From contig OX597830.1 of NCBI GenBank assembly GCA_951406725.2, forward strand, positions 36,580,001 to 36,644,000: a DNA stretch of 64,000 nucleotides. Reading direction: 5' to 3'. Positions 12,601 through 24,504 of the stretch are shown in pieces. Position 1 is the first letter of the stretch; each line of letters opens with the position of its first letter. The position numbers and the translations under genes are program-made. The notes below the pieces were generated by a model. That model worked only from the letters and a program-made list of their open reading frames with translations. It was not told the origin of the DNA and did not search any database. This DNA comes from Octopus vulgaris. Taxonomy: Eukaryota.

Positions 12601-15600
12601 TGCTGTTACAGTTAGGCCTGGTAGTTCTGTAGTTGTTGCTCCGCAGGACCAGCCTAAAGTTGTTTCTGCAGAAAATGTTGTCCTCTGTACTGTTCCTTTT
12701 GTAAATGAAGCAAAACCTGCAAAGAAAAAAACTGTATTGAGTAAGCAGGACTTACCATCTGTTGATATTGTTGGGAAACTGACCAAAGACAAGGTTGTAA
12801 AGAATGTGAATTTTACTATGGACAGTCAAGATAAAAATGTTCTGAATACATCTTTTGAGAAATTGGTTACGATTGCTGGAAGCACTGATAATGAAGAGGA
12901 AATACCCTGTGAGAGTTTAAGTGAATGTTCTGATATTGTTGAAGCAGAAAATGATGTTGAGGTAATTGTTGTCAAGTCTAAAACCAAAGAAACTCGTGAA
13001 TCATTAGCTGATAATAATAACAACAATCGGGTGTTGCCACAACCGTTAGAAGTATTAACTGGCTTAACATCAGAACTAATGTTAACTAAAAACCATAAAA
13101 TAGCGGCTACGTTAGCGACATCTCAAAGAATGCCTATTGATGCTGAATCAATTCAACAAGAAGAAGATTTAAATGAAATTATTCAATTAGTGGAACAAGA
13201 AATTTTGTCACAGATAATCTCCAGCGACCAAGTAACTGCTAATTCTGCAGTTGATTATTTGAAGAAGAATTTTTCAGCAGAAAATAAAGGTGACAAAGGA
13301 TGTATCCCTAAAGTAAAAGCTTCAGTCTCTGAGGATTCTTTGATAATGTCTGAACTAATTGAGGAAATTCTTGCTGATAAAGTTGGCACAATCTTAGCAA
13401 ATGACTATGCTTTAAACGTATCGACTTCACACAAATCTCCAAAACCAGCTTCGCCTAATCAATTTGAAAAAGGTGAAATTTGTCAAACAAAACCAAACGA
13501 ATCTTCCTCATTGAAACATGATGCAGTTTGTCAAACAAGTTTATTATTAAATGAGTTAGTTTTGAAAGACAAAAATTCACATTTTACTGATAAAACGCCC
13601 GAAAGTGCAGTTATTTCTCAGCCTCTGCAGCCTACTTCTGTCGAAGAATCAGTTCCTGTAGACACTGCCATTCCTCAGGAGTCTGAAACCATGATAAATC
13701 AAGATGGTAGCAACTCATTAATAAATGAAGCTGCAAGCTATTCCGCTAATGAAATCAATTCATTAAATTTAAACAAAAATTCTGTAGAACAAGAAACTAC
13801 AACTGGTGGAAATCCAGATGAAGTTCCAATGAAAATTTATTGTCCAAATTTTGCCAAAGATTCTAAGAAAGACGCAGCAAAAGACTTAACTGAAAATATA
13901 GTGCAGCCTATTAACACATCTGTAATAACCCGCTCTGATGATGGTGCGGTGCAAAATACAAATGCAGTCTCAGTGCAAAGTTCGAAAAGTCCCGTACAAC
14001 CGTTCAGTAGTTTTGTAATGCAAACATCAACAAGTAAAGTACAAGACACTAAAGCACCTGCAATGCAGCGCTGTATAAGTGTCGTGGCACAAGATGCTGT
14101 GAACGTTTTGGGTAGTGATACAAGACGGCAGTCTGAAGCAGAACGTGTTGAAGAGGTACAGAGGAGAAGAAGGGAAGCAACTCTTGCTAAATTGCGGATT
14201 GACAAAATGGAATCCATCTATATTCCGCCAGACACTCGTGTCCGGTCTCCTGTTAGACACGTTAGATTGGTCGAAATAACTTCGAAATCTTTGAACGAAA
14301 CAAACACCGAAGAGAAAGACCAATTTATAACGCCATCATTACCGTCACAATTTCCTCCATCGCAATCACCACCGCAATTTCTACCATCACAGTCATCACC
14401 ATCATCTCCACCACCAGAACCACCACCACCACCACAACAACAGCCAGCATCACAATCACTACTGCAACCTCTGAAACCTCACAAAACAACATCAACAACA
14501 TCACAAACAACAGCGTCATTGCAATTTTCATCTTCACACACAACGACCCCACCTCCGTCTTTTATTGCTCAGTTCCAAACTTCTGGGACAGGAAAAGGCC
14601 CCACCAGATCTCTCTTCTCACCTGAGGAATCTGATTCTTCTGAGAAAATAACTGGCGAACAAGTAAAAGAGCTTGGAGAAAATTTCACAATTGCTTCACT
14701 TGAAGGACTAAATTTGGCACCTAAATTTGATGCTGACAATGACAACGATGTAGAAGAAACTCTTGGAACAGACAATGAAGTTGCAACTGATTCTTCACCT
14801 TTATCTGACAAGGTGAGCAGTGAGTCACTGTCACCAGGGAGCAGCAGTAGCAATACTGCACTTGAGAGTCTCTCTGATGGCCAGTGGCTGCTGAGTCAGA
14901 GCGAAGGGCAAGCAGCACTATATACGGTCAATGATGGTGTCTACAAACGTATTCTTGCCGATGTCAGCAACCCCAGCACATTGAAGGACTCAAACGAGTT
15001 AACTCGCGAAGACACGGCTGATATCACTTACAGTGATGGAGAATTTGTTCTCCAGCAGCGAGTTCCACCTGAGAAAGATCCACTCTTACAACTCATTTTG
15101 AATATGAGGCAGACCACTTTGAATCCACCTCACATTCCTGAAATGATCCCAGGCAACACTGATGCTGATGCAGGGGGTCAAAGAAGTCCTGGAGAATGGG
15201 TATTGTCCAGTTCAGAAATTGGTCAAGCCACTTTCGAGACATCTTCTGATTATGTTGCAGCAGCCTCAACAAACGTGAAGCCTGATAATTCCAATAAAAT
15301 GGCTAAAACAGTTTTACCTCAGCAATCTTCTTCTTCTAGACAATCGCATATATATTCTAGTGATAAAAACAAAACAAATTCTCGAGTGATCTTTGTTGGG
15401 TTGACCCCTGATGAAGATGCAACAGCTACAAAATCAGAATTAGGATTGGAAATACAACAGGACCAAACTCCTGTGGTACAAAATTTGTTGCAGAATGGGT
15501 TTTTTCAACCAAAAGCCCCTATCACAACTGTTGGTCACCCGTTGCCCTCACAACAGAGTTTTATGCAACCCACTGACCTGATGGGGTCCAAATCTGTTCG

Positions 15601-15853
15601 TTTCAGCCAATACACAGGAATTGATCCCGTTGTTTCTGACAATGCTTCATATAGTGAAAGCCAGCATGTTGATGCTTCTGTAGAGTCAGATGTCCATAAT
15701 ACTCTACTTGGTGATGGCGATGGCATAAAAGACGCTCAGAGTCTGCCACGACCTCCACTTATACCTCATAGAATACCGGTAACGATACCGAGTCCAGGGG
15801 AAATCTGGGATGATGAAGACATAGAAGAAATATCATTTCAGGATGGAATATGA
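9650..15853 (+). CDS. KIAA0586: TALPID3 / KIAA0586 homologue (centriolar ciliogenesis protein), 2067 aa, no introns in the CDS
   Basis: Conserved TALPID3 blocks: TVAAATAAA..PLL..(H/Q)..LEA followed by a coiled coil (~10622-10870); QEILQRAQTSRMFLEENL (~11854-11907; vertebrate VLRQV...KVLEENL); YLTQVFGKATYQNKRTTVREPYL (~12253-12322; vertebrate [20 protein letters not shown]); C-terminal S(L/Y)S(D/E)G(Q/E) repeats. In-frame TAA just upstream of the ATG; AATAAA at ~16126. Confidence 0.88.
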   Translation: MPSVKSDHGQLAIQVVRESRGKTSHGNQKTSKSAPQAQTCKKNPKAKGHSHKDTERYLFLSNDNGRNLDLSSVSSLSTKSAFARLGTQSVVTQVGRSLTKVPGTLTSKFSCHSLCNGMRKQVVVEKHSPHRKTASKLTTPSFPKPADLGSLENFSVFKENIRSDNNPEISVPSVQHKQPKIITVITKEPESFELQLQHNFEEEMVPALNSDQLDNQLTEEVEPECCYNKEKENTVDPPNQIPEKVIANALDLEVINSDLPNDISASKTSPVEEKAAVEQLEDKSVGEDEIPAVRQKESTNPDKEPEQEDCCPCRGTASMQKTLSTVAAATAAAFSAHPLLASHNRLEAQLMTLLDKMNSLEQQIFLQKHEMEKEGKLQKLESQLSQVTKDRMNSLELLQKQMFGMQTNFLNVAKSFEKMFGHVPDNVQQKIEENEENMEPLHYRSKNVQHSKNDIEMSKESDSLESLDFSITTDKDVRSFPKPLFVAPEDKRAKNPKKEHHIEKSSSKSALRGNSKDTSAPSIKPKVNSNNPLSTTRKASNVKTNIVNGKESKSTSKPNKTVSSVNSTSKFQNSRPNRNKKYQSNVDEEKLVIKEINKYIQKPTSVTEKQSAKELPLKYSYLKTFTSNPYSKEPYAVRETSKAKRIPKKQSVPAPAILNTSYVISSSPDLQHDEKEFNKIQNRNGNSKKWSTSSQSAAPLEKYLLDSPLKTQLFTSDKIYADLKPTAPSAELVAGQEILQRAQTSRMFLEENLKNLERDYKKDAVYNIVDNLYQSSPVSQTYQMKRKVDQCIAKMQIDIQKELSMEEATSNKLSCSNPATKVNKLGKKKDSEDLSGSRQKQPKVIVKTKEKAPQSSNKNLNVLYQDQEYLTQVFGKATYQNKRTTVREPYLHIRNKPQTKVTQPKAMVDVKGIQKKSTKVQTVEEVKKTVEKGTGIVADDKKYFFASKPSNNPNYLQNSSLVPGHLGYMAVSLREPRMDSGLTHAVTVRPGSSVVVAPQDQPKVVSAENVVLCTVPFVNEAKPAKKKTVLSKQDLPSVDIVGKLTKDKVVKNVNFTMDSQDKNVLNTSFEKLVTIAGSTDNEEEIPCESLSECSDIVEAENDVEVIVVKSKTKETRESLADNNNNNRVLPQPLEVLTGLTSELMLTKNHKIAATLATSQRMPIDAESIQQEEDLNEIIQLVEQEILSQIISSDQVTANSAVDYLKKNFSAENKGDKGCIPKVKASVSEDSLIMSELIEEILADKVGTILANDYALNVSTSHKSPKPASPNQFEKGEICQTKPNESSSLKHDAVCQTSLLLNELVLKDKNSHFTDKTPESAVISQPLQPTSVEESVPVDTAIPQESETMINQDGSNSLINEAASYSANEINSLNLNKNSVEQETTTGGNPDEVPMKIYCPNFAKDSKKDAAKDLTENIVQPINTSVITRSDDGAVQNTNAVSVQSSKSPVQPFSSFVMQTSTSKVQDTKAPAMQRCISVVAQDAVNVLGSDTRRQSEAERVEEVQRRRREATLAKLRIDKMESIYIPPDTRVRSPVRHVRLVEITSKSLNETNTEEKDQFITPSLPSQFPPSQSPPQFLPSQSSPSSPPPEPPPPPQQQPASQSLLQPLKPHKTTSTTSQTTASLQFSSSHTTTPPPSFIAQFQTSGTGKGPTRSLFSPEESDSSEKITGEQVKELGENFTIASLEGLNLAPKFDADNDNDVEETLGTDNEVATDSSPLSDKVSSESLSPGSSSSNTALESLSDGQWLLSQSEGQAALYTVNDGVYKRILADVSNPSTLKDSNELTREDTADITYSDGEFVLQQRVPPEKDPLLQLILNMRQTTLNPPHIPEMIPGNTDADAGGQRSPGEWVLSSSEIGQATFETSSDYVAAASTNVKPDNSNKMAKTVLPQQSSSSRQSHIYSSDKNKTNSRVIFVGLTPDEDATATKSELGLEIQQDQTPVVQNLLQNGFFQPKAPITTVGHPLPSQQSFMQPTDLMGSKSVRFSQYTGIDPVVSDNASYSESQHVDASVESDVHNTLLGDGDGIKDAQSLPRPPLIPHRIPVTIPSPGEIWDDEDIEEISFQDGI

Positions 15854-16407
15854 GACTTTTTTTTCACTGTTTCAGAATTTGTTTACCATTTTTTGATCAG
15901 AATGCTGCAGCACATTAGCTGGTGATAGGTTCAAACCTGACCATTACAGACAGATATTCTTCTAAACCTCTCTGAGTTCAATAACATAACACTGCTTGCA
16001 TCATTCTATACCTCTCCTGGTTCACAACTGAATGCTTAAGCAGACAGAAAAGTTGTCTATCAAGATTCTGACAAATGCCTCAAAAACAGCCCCAAAACAA
16101 CCCAATACCAATATCCACAAAACTAAATAAACATCTCAGTCATGTGAGGATGACAACATTGTGAATGGAAAACAACCAGTTTCATTCACTTGACTAGCTA
16201 TTAAAGTGAAATAGCGAAAAGATCTAACTGCAAGTATTCTGTATTGCTGGATATATTTAAAAATTCTTTTATTATTATTATCATTATTAATATTATTATT
16301 ATTTTGTGGGTTTATATTGATAAAATAAGTACCAGTTGAATATTGGGATTGATGTAATTGGCCTACACCTTCCCTTAAAATTGCTGATCTTGTACCAAAT
16401 TTCAAGC

Positions 16408-16446
<39 letters not shown>

Positions 16447-16665
16447 GGCAGCGAGCTGGGAGAATTGTTAGCACATTGGGCAAAATGCTTAGCGGTATTT
16501 TGTCAGCTGCTATATTCTGAGTTCAAATTCCGCCGAGGTCGACTTTGCCTTTCATCCTTTCGGAGTCGATAAATTGAGTACCAGTTGAAAACTGGGGTCA
16601 ATGTAATCGACACATCCCTCCCCCCTGCCCCAAAGTGGCTTCTCTTGCGGAAAAATTTGAAACCA
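16447..16665 (+). mobile_element. SINE family B (Nin-domain-like)
   Basis: GGCAGCGAGCTGG...GAGTTCAAATTCCGCCGAGGTCGACTTTGCCTTTCATCCTTTCGGAGTCGATAAATTGAGTACCAG, flanked by (TTA)n. Other copies at 20207-20432, 20482-20697, 24555-24715 and 62478-62693(-). Confidence 0.8.
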
Positions 16666-17551
16666 TTATTATTATTATTATTTGAGAAAAAAATAGTGCC
16701 TGTAACCTTTAATGGTTCTTCAAAACTGATGAGGTCGATGTGTTTGGTGTTTGATTTGAACATTTGTACATAAAAAGAAACTTCCTGGAGCAAGATTACA
16801 GTAATGGAAAGCAGAAGACTGCTGTCCGTGATTGAACGATTATTAGAAGAAAAAAAAACCTATGAATTGACAGAACTAGCAGAGCATTAGATTGGATGTC
16901 TTTGCAGTATTAAGCCTCTTTCATCTGCTTTCTGAGTTCAAATCCTGCCAACATAAAAACTTTGCCTTTCATTTAACTGGAGTAAAAAAAACAAAAAACC
17001 ACTCCCCAAAAAAACTGTACAGGTAATATACTGAAGTGGATTTAATGGATTTTTTTTCTTTCTTTTAACACCTTTTCACCTTTACAAAACATTGATATTT
17101 TGATATTAAGCTGTCCTGTGAATTCTTGAAAGCAATTTCTAATATTGGGAGAAATATTTAAAAACAAAGAAGGAAAAAGAAAAATAAATGAAGAAAAAAA
17201 AACCCAAAAGACAAAACAAACAACAGATGAATCTCATACAAAATTAACTTTATTTAAAAGAACAAAAAAAAAAAGCCAGCCAGAAAACTGCAAATGTTTT
17301 CTTTCTTTTTTTTTTTTTTTACTTTCTAATTTTATTTATGACTTTATCTTAAGAGTTGATTTCTTACAGAACCATTTTGCTGAGTTGCTCTGCTTCAATA
17401 ACCATCTGTCTCTGTCTCTGATACTTTTAATGATACATGATCCAAACTTTTAAGTAATACTTCCTTTTGTTGGGACAGCATCTGTACTTCTGTTGAGGTA
17501 GCTAAGAAACAAAGGACATGAATTCTAAAAGACCAGCTTGTATCATTATTA

Positions 17552-17595
<44 letters not shown>

Positions 17596-18149
17596 GAGTG
17601 AGAGAGCAGTGCATGCCATGAAAGTGACACTGGGGTAAAATATACCAAGCCCAGTATACCCATCATGACTACTTGAATGATAAGGGTACACCAGGCACAT
17701 GCATCACAACCATATGTGCGCGACATGGTGATCTCATATCAAGATAAACAGCACATGACCTTGCAGGTGGGGCCCAGTAAGAATTCTCTTTTGGTCGAGT
17801 AACTCATCCCGCTCAAAAGGTCCCTGAATAAGGTTTGTTTAAGGATGTTGAACGAAACACTCATGTTTCCAAGGGTGAATTATTCAAACCCCAAAGAATT
17901 CCTCTCAACACATGGTTATGATGTTCCGCCACAACTTCTGCTCGTGATCAGAGATGCACATATCGTCAGCCACTAAGGGACATGCTCAACTGGTTAAGGC
18001 CAAAAAACTGACAAGCAAACCTGTGGTACTGAGCAGAATATTTGCTGTAGCCCATCTTTTATACCAAGACAAAACCATGTACATGATAACACTTCCAATC
18101 AGTTAAGATCAGAAGCCATGAGAGCCACTGCCTGGTACTGCATCAGGGC

Positions 18150-18151
<2 letters not shown>
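17596..18151 (-). mobile_element. Retroposon 3' fragment inserted in a (TAA)n microsatellite (Dong/R4-like)
   Basis: A ~555-bp non-coding block with (TTA)n tracts on both sides. Confidence 0.55.
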
Positions 18152-18205
<54 letters not shown>

Positions 18206-18988
18206 TTATTATCATTATTATTATTCCTTTATATCACATGAGAATCTTAGAATAAACCTTATAACCAATCAACCACCAACAACAGATAGCTGCACCTCAC
18301 TCTTGTCTAACACAGTCAAGTAACACGTTTGAAATTCTGTATTTAGGACTATTATAATTATATATATTATAATTAGCTATAACTAGCTATAGTGTAAAGG
18401 GTTAATTTGGATTGCTTCCTTAACCCTCTCAGACCTGAGCCCCTGTGTCTAACTTTACCTTTTTGGGCTCCCGAGCAAAAAAAAAAAAATAGATAGTTGC
18501 ATCTACAACTCAAAGAGTAGCACTTGCAGTAAATTAATGGACAGAATTGGCTGCCTATTCTTTTTCTTCATGTGTTGTTCATTACCACTTTACTGGGAAT
18601 CTGGCAGAGATGACATTCAACTTATTCCTGCTACAGCAGGGATATGTGTGACAGGGTTAAAGCAAGTCATAAATGGTAGCCTGCCAAATACGTTTATTGT
18701 CTGTGTTATATAATGAGACAACTTGCTATTCGTAGCAGAGCTGATGTTTTAACCTGCCACGTTTAAAAACCTGTTCTGAAGGGTAATCTGTTAGTTAGAT
18801 TACAGCACGTTTACATATATGGGTGTACACATATATTTATATGTAAATTTTACTTATCTGTGAAAGGTGATGTAATGTTGATTGTGTAACTAACAGAAAT
18901 TATGAAACAGCTGTAAACTAATGGAATAAGCATTTATTCTCTCACTTCACTTCTCTTATCTAATTGCACTCTCTCTCTCTCTCTCTCT

Positions 18989-19032
<44 letters not shown>

Positions 19033-19080
19033 TAAAACAACAAATCGATTTGTTCAGAGTATCACTTATACATGTTTTAA

Positions 19081-19299
19081 CCCTTTAGTGTTCATATTAT
19101 TCTGTTAAATGTAATACTTTTCCATCAAATTGTTTTGAATTACTCAAGCATTGTCTTAGAGCTTTGAGGTTTCAATGATGTGATTGCTTATTTTTAGAAT
19201 GTCAATGTAGGTTAGGTGTGAGAGGTTAGATATGGCTAGTTCAAATATAAAACATGTAGAATATTTGGGCTGGATATGGCCGGTTTAAACACTAAAGGG
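19081..19299. mobile_element. piggyBac-type MITE
   Basis: TTAA|CCCTTTAGTGTT ... AACACTAAAGGG|TTAA. Confidence 0.8.
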
Positions 19300-20206
19300 T
19301 TAATAATGTGGTTTTTTTCAAATAACTTATTTTTGTATTGTTACAGAACTATCTATTTCATCAGGTGATATTCTGCTGGACATTTTCCTGGTGATACCTC
19401 ACCAAATATTTTAGCCTAACTCTAATCAATCCACTCTGTTTCACTATATATATATATATATACATATATATGAAGGTTGGGCTTCGCCATGGACTTAGCT
19501 ATGTTGGCTAAAAACAAGCCAAATAACACATACACAAACAAAACAAAGTAACATGTACTTACTCAAATGTGAATATATAATTGTATAGTTTTTAATATTG
19601 AGACGAAAGCCTGTCGGTTAAATTGTAAATAATATTGAAATTTAAAAGCACTGATCTGAGATAGGTTAGAACAGCTGAGCTGTCATATCTCAGACTGGTA
19701 TTCTGTAATGTCTAGCAACATTATTTTGTTGAACAATTATATTAATATTTTTTCATTGATTTAAAAATTTTTCTATTTTACTGAAAACTTGGTTTGAACA
19801 ATTCAACTTTTTATTGAATTGTTATCATTGTAAATTTTTTGCATCTTATATATATTTATTTCATATAATATACATGTATGATATTATCTTCTATATAAAA
19901 AGACCAAGTGACTTTTATTGTTTGTTGGTTTTCTGCTTTTGTGAAGTGTATACTTAATTTAATTTGTTTGATCTGGGTTGACCCTAGGGATAAACTACAT
20001 TTATTGACTGTATTTATTTTCAGTAAGGATCAAAGTAATTTCAGTTAAAGTCAACAAGTTTATGGATGTGTCTCTGTGTAGGAAATTTCAATTATTTTGT
20101 GCTCTTTGCTTCAGCTTAAAGGTTCTCAACATGCGCCCCCAAGGGAACACCAGGCATGTTGAAGGGGGTTGGTGAGGTAATATAATTAACAGGTAATATA
20201 ATTTAG

Positions 20207-20697
20207 AGGTGGCGAGCTGGCAGAAACGTTAGCGTGTCGGGCGAAATGCTTAGCGGTATTTCGTCTGTCGTTACATTGTGAGTTCAAATTCCGCCGAGGT
20301 CGACTTTGCCTTTCATCCTTTTGGGGTCGATAAATAAAGCACCATTTTCGCACTGGGGTTGATGTAATCGACTTAATCCCTTTGTTTGTCCCCTCTATGT
20401 TTAGCCCCTTGTGGGCAGTAAAGAAATAAATATAATTAACAGGCTTTAGGGGTTTGTGAGGTAAAATAATTAACATGCTAAAGGCCGCGAGTTGGCAGAA
20501 ACTTTAGCATGCCGGGTGAAATGCTTAGTGGCATTTCCTCTGTCTCTACGTTCTGCGTTCAAATTCCGCCGAGGTCGACTTTGCCTTTCATCCTTCCGTG
20601 GTCAATAAACTAAGTACCAGTTGTGTACTGGGGTTGATCTAATCGACTAGCCCCCTCTCCCAAAATTTCAGGCCTTGTGCCTAGAGTAGAAAAGAAT
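20207..20697 (+). mobile_element. Two SINE family B copies
   Basis: Same head and GCCTTTCATCCTT..GGTCGATAAA core as the copy at 16447. Confidence 0.8.
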
Positions 20698-20740
20698 ATA
20701 ATTAACATGCTAAATTTTACCTATAGTAGTAATTATATTA

Positions 20741-21126
20741 TCTCTCTATATATAAAACTGAAGTTGTCTGTGTATGGCAGGTTTGGTAGCCTTCAACTAA
20801 CACTATCTCCCCCGAGACCCTGTGTCGCAAGTTGACCAAAGTTGAGAGTATGATAGAAGAAGGTTTGCTCTTCCTTCTGTAGAAGAAAAAATTCAAATCG
20901 GACCATGTTAACACCAAAAATTATTTACATCAAAAAGGTGCTTTTTTTCTATGAAAATCCCTATTTTTTACAATTTTTTGACTGCTGTGTCGCCATTTTT
21001 TCGGTGTATTTCAACCAGAAAAATGTTCACTTAAAGAGAATAACAAGCTACATAATGCAAAATTTTTACTTTTCAAAAATTCCAATTCTAAAGGGTTGAA
21101 ACAAATCCGAGCAACACCGGTGCTAG
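20741..21126 (+). mobile_element. Non-autonomous Helitron-like element
   Basis: A|TCTCTCTATATATAAAA 5' end and a GC-rich 3' end CCGAGCAACACCGGTGCTAG|T, inserted between A and T. Confidence 0.55.
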
Positions 21127-21373
21127 TACATGATTACACCAGTAATGATGGTATTAAAATAAAATTAAATCTCATTAGGCACAGGGAAGTAATTAACTTG
21201 CAATGTATAAAATAAATCGACAACTTTTGTCTTTATAAATTTCTTAACATTTCATTGTTAAAAGCTTAAACAATCCACTTTTAGATTAAAATTCACAAGA
21301 TGTCATCCATGCTAAGTTAGTTTTGTTGTGATACTTTATTCACCATTTTGGTGGGCACCAGGCATAACAATTA

Positions 21374-21711
21374 CTGTATATGATGGCCTATAAGACGCAC
21401 GAGTGCATAGGATGCACTCTAGCCTAGGCTATACTTTTGTAAAATAAATTACCACTAAAATAATGTTTTAATTCCTCCACTTACCTGTATAGCTTTATGT
21501 TATTACTGGTAATTATAAGGAATTTATTGCATCCACATTCAATACAAATGTACCGTAGGTGATTGTTCACCAATAGATGGCAGCACACGTTTTGTAACCT
21601 CTGATGTATAATTTCGGCCAACAGTCGTAAGTTTTGAGCCATTGGATGCAGGAGGATTTTTGAAGCCATTTTTGGGTAAAAAAGGTGCGTCTTATAGGCC
21701 ATCAAATATGG
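21374..21711. mobile_element. pogo/Tc1-mariner MITE
   Basis: TA|CTGTATATGATGGCCTATAAGACGCAC ... GTGCGTCTTATAGGCCATCAAATATGG|TA. Confidence 0.8.
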
Positions 21712-22233
21712 TACTTAAAAGGTGAGGAAGAAGGGGTGGTACACTAAAAAAATGAAAGTTAAGAATCATTACTTTAGATTATTAAAAAAGTATCAAGTCC
21801 AGGTATAGAATTATTTGCGGGTAGAAAATATACCTGAAAAAAGTAGCAGCCATAATTATATGGAGTGTTTAAAGATTAAAATTAAAATATGTCTCCCATT
21901 TAGAAACATAAAAAAACAGAAAATTATGGTGTTTGCATTGTGGAACAGTTTGCAAGTTGTTTGGTGACCTCACTCGTGCTGGTGTCATCAAAAAGGCTCC
22001 AAATATAGACTGTAAAGTGGTTGGTGTTTGGAAGTGGGTATCCAAAAGCCATGGAAATCATGCCAAAGATGACATTAGGAGTTGATGCAACTCTGCATCT
22101 TTTTGGATCCTGTCAAACCAGCCAATCCCTGCCAGCATGGAAAACAGACACTAAATGATGAAAATGATAAAGGCTGTTGAATTCCCTTCAAATCTAAATT
22201 TGTTTCATGAGTGGGACTGTGTCAGTGACCAGG

Positions 22234-22434
22234 TGTGCAGTGGTGCGATGGAAACTTTAACACACATGAAATAAATTGGAAGTACATTTAACGGATTTTG
22301 TGTGTTATTAAATGGCTTTGTCTGTGATGTTGCTTTAGTTTCAACGTAGTCTTTGATTAAGTCACTGACCTGACAAATGCAGCCCCAGAATGTTTGTTTC
22401 ATGTGTGTTAAAGTTTCCATCGCACCACTGCACA
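22234..22434. repeat. 201-bp element with perfect 38-bp terminal inverted repeats
   Basis: TGTGCAGTGGTGCGATGGAAACTTTAACACACATGAAA (22234-22271) and its exact reverse complement (22397-22434). No clear TSD. Confidence 0.85.
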
Positions 22435-22741
22435 GAGGTACATTCTATCTGAATCCTTATTTTACTATATATATATATATATATATAGTAAAATAAGGAT
22501 TCAGATAGAATAGGGTACTTGAAAAGATATGCACCAGGTAGGGTTGGATAAACCTGTGATTCTGGTTTATGGTTGGTAAGTATTAAATAGGATATTCTGG
22601 TTGTGTACTCAGAAAAAAAACCCAATCCTATGAGTATTTAGCACTTAGGGGCTAGTCCAAAGCATGCATTACATTGAATTGTACATTATTGGTATACTCT
22701 AGGGTGTCTGTCAAGTCATCAATCCCCTTGGCATATTATCA

Positions 22742-23032
22742 TCAAATGAATAATAAGAGACGATGGGTAATTGTCAGCTCATTACACTTGTTTCCTACGC
22801 CTTTTTTTTTTCTCTCATTTCATAGTTAGCCTTGACAGACTTCAGTTATGTCCCTGCTGTATTTTTGGGATATTCTTTTGTTCGTAAAATTATGTTTCAT
22901 CGAATGATTACGGATTTTTTGTAATGAAGTAACATTCTCATTCTTTTATTAAAATGAAAAAAAAAAAAAAAGTGTGTTAGAAACAGCTGTAATGAGCTGA
23001 CAATTATCCATCATCTGTTATTACTCATTTGA
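22742..23032. repeat. Imperfect ~70-bp inverted repeat (fold-back)
   Basis: TCAAATGAATAATAAGAGACGATGGGTAATTGTCAGCTCATTACA... versus ...TGTAATGAGCTGACAATTATCCATCATCTGTTATTACTCATTTGA. Confidence 0.75.
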
Positions 23033-23204
23033 AACGGTATTTCTTCCGTCTTTATGTTCTGAGTTCAAATTCTGCCAAGGTTGACTTTGTCTTTCATCCT
23101 TTTGGGGTTGATAAATTAAGTACCAGTTGTGTACTGGAGTTGATCTAATCGACTAGCACCCTCCCCAGAAATTGCAGGCCTTGTGCTTAGAGTAGAAAAG
23201 ATTA

Positions 23205-23251
<47 letters not shown>

Positions 23252-23600
23252 CTATGAGAATTCAATTCTTAATATATATCAGTGTCACCTGACCGGCACC
23301 CATGCCAGTGGCATGTAAAAAACACTCACTACTCTCTTGAAGTGGTTGGCATTAGGAAGGGCATGAAGCTGTAGAAACCTTGGCAGAACAGATTGGAGCC
23401 TGGTGTAGCCTCCTGGCTTGCCAGTCCTCAGTCAGACTGCCCAACTCATGCCAGCCTGGAAAGCAGATGCTAAATGATGATTAAATTCCTAGTCACACCA
23501 AGGATCAACCCCAGAGTCAGATCTATGGTTTAAATTGGATTTGGTGCTCGTGTATCTGTAGTATCTTATTAACACTGGATGCCTTCAATGTTGTTTACAT

Positions 23601-23928
23601 CAGTGCTTCTTAAACTATCTGATGTGATGTAACGGCAGTATTTTTTTTCCCAATGTGCCAGGTAATGTTTCTTAATGATTTTAATTTATACAGGAAACAA
23701 TATATATAATGAATATAATAAAAGTTGACAATTTTTTTTTTATCCTATATTTATTTTGTAAACAAATTATACAATATTACATAAGCTAAGTTGTTTACTG
23801 CAGTGCATAAATCAAAATTACTGAAATTTATCTATTGTTTCTTTCTTTTCTGGAAACTCGCCGCGTACCGGCAGATAATGGTTTGCGGACCGGCACCGGT
23901 CTGCAGACGACCGCTTTGAGTAGCACTG
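23601..23928. mobile_element. hAT MITE
   Basis: CAGTGCTTCTTAAA...TTTGAGTAGCACTG termini; 8-bp TSD GTTTACAT / ATTTACAT. Confidence 0.75.
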
Positions 23929-24014
23929 ATTTACATCACTCTATGTTATTGTATTTAGCCATTCCTGACGTCCTACGCGTTGATGAGCCAAAATGATATT
24001 ATTGAATGCTTATA

Positions 24015-24473
24015 ACTAATCTCTCTCTCTCTATCTCTCCCATCCCTCCCCTCTCTCTCTCAATCTTCCCCCTCTCTCCCTCTTCTGCACTTCCCTCAGG
24101 TTGGGCAACCATATATTTTCTTTGCAGTAGCACACCTGTTTCTGTCTTCATTCCTGGTCTTTCTCTCTCCGGCCAGGTAATCTTGTACTTCCTCTTCAGC
24201 AAGACACCTATATCTGTCTCATCATCATCTCCCCAAACGCCTCCTTCCCTCTTAAAAGTTTTTGCATGTACTTGGTGATTCCAATGTTAGATTAAGTAGG
24301 GTGTCAGCCAAACTGGTTGCATTTGCCAGGGTGACCCTGTCAATACAGGTGCCACTTAAAAGCACCCAGTCCACACTGTAAAGTGGTTGGTGTTCGGAAG
24401 AGCATCCAATTGTAAAAACCTTGCCAAAACTGACCTCGCCTGTGCTTGTGCCACATAAAAAGCAGTAAGTCTA

Positions 24474-24475
<2 letters not shown>
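24015..24475 (+). repeat. Truncated copy of the retroposon at 25757-26427
   Basis: Near-identical ~450-bp block (CT-rich head, TTTGCAGTAGCACACCTG...GCCACATAAAAAGCA). Confidence 0.8.

Positions 24476-24504
<29 letters not shown>

Noticed and set aside
10203-15726. Short antisense or alternative-frame ORFs inside the TALPID3 ORF
   Set aside because: Shadow ORFs of a long coding sequence with no recognisable motifs.
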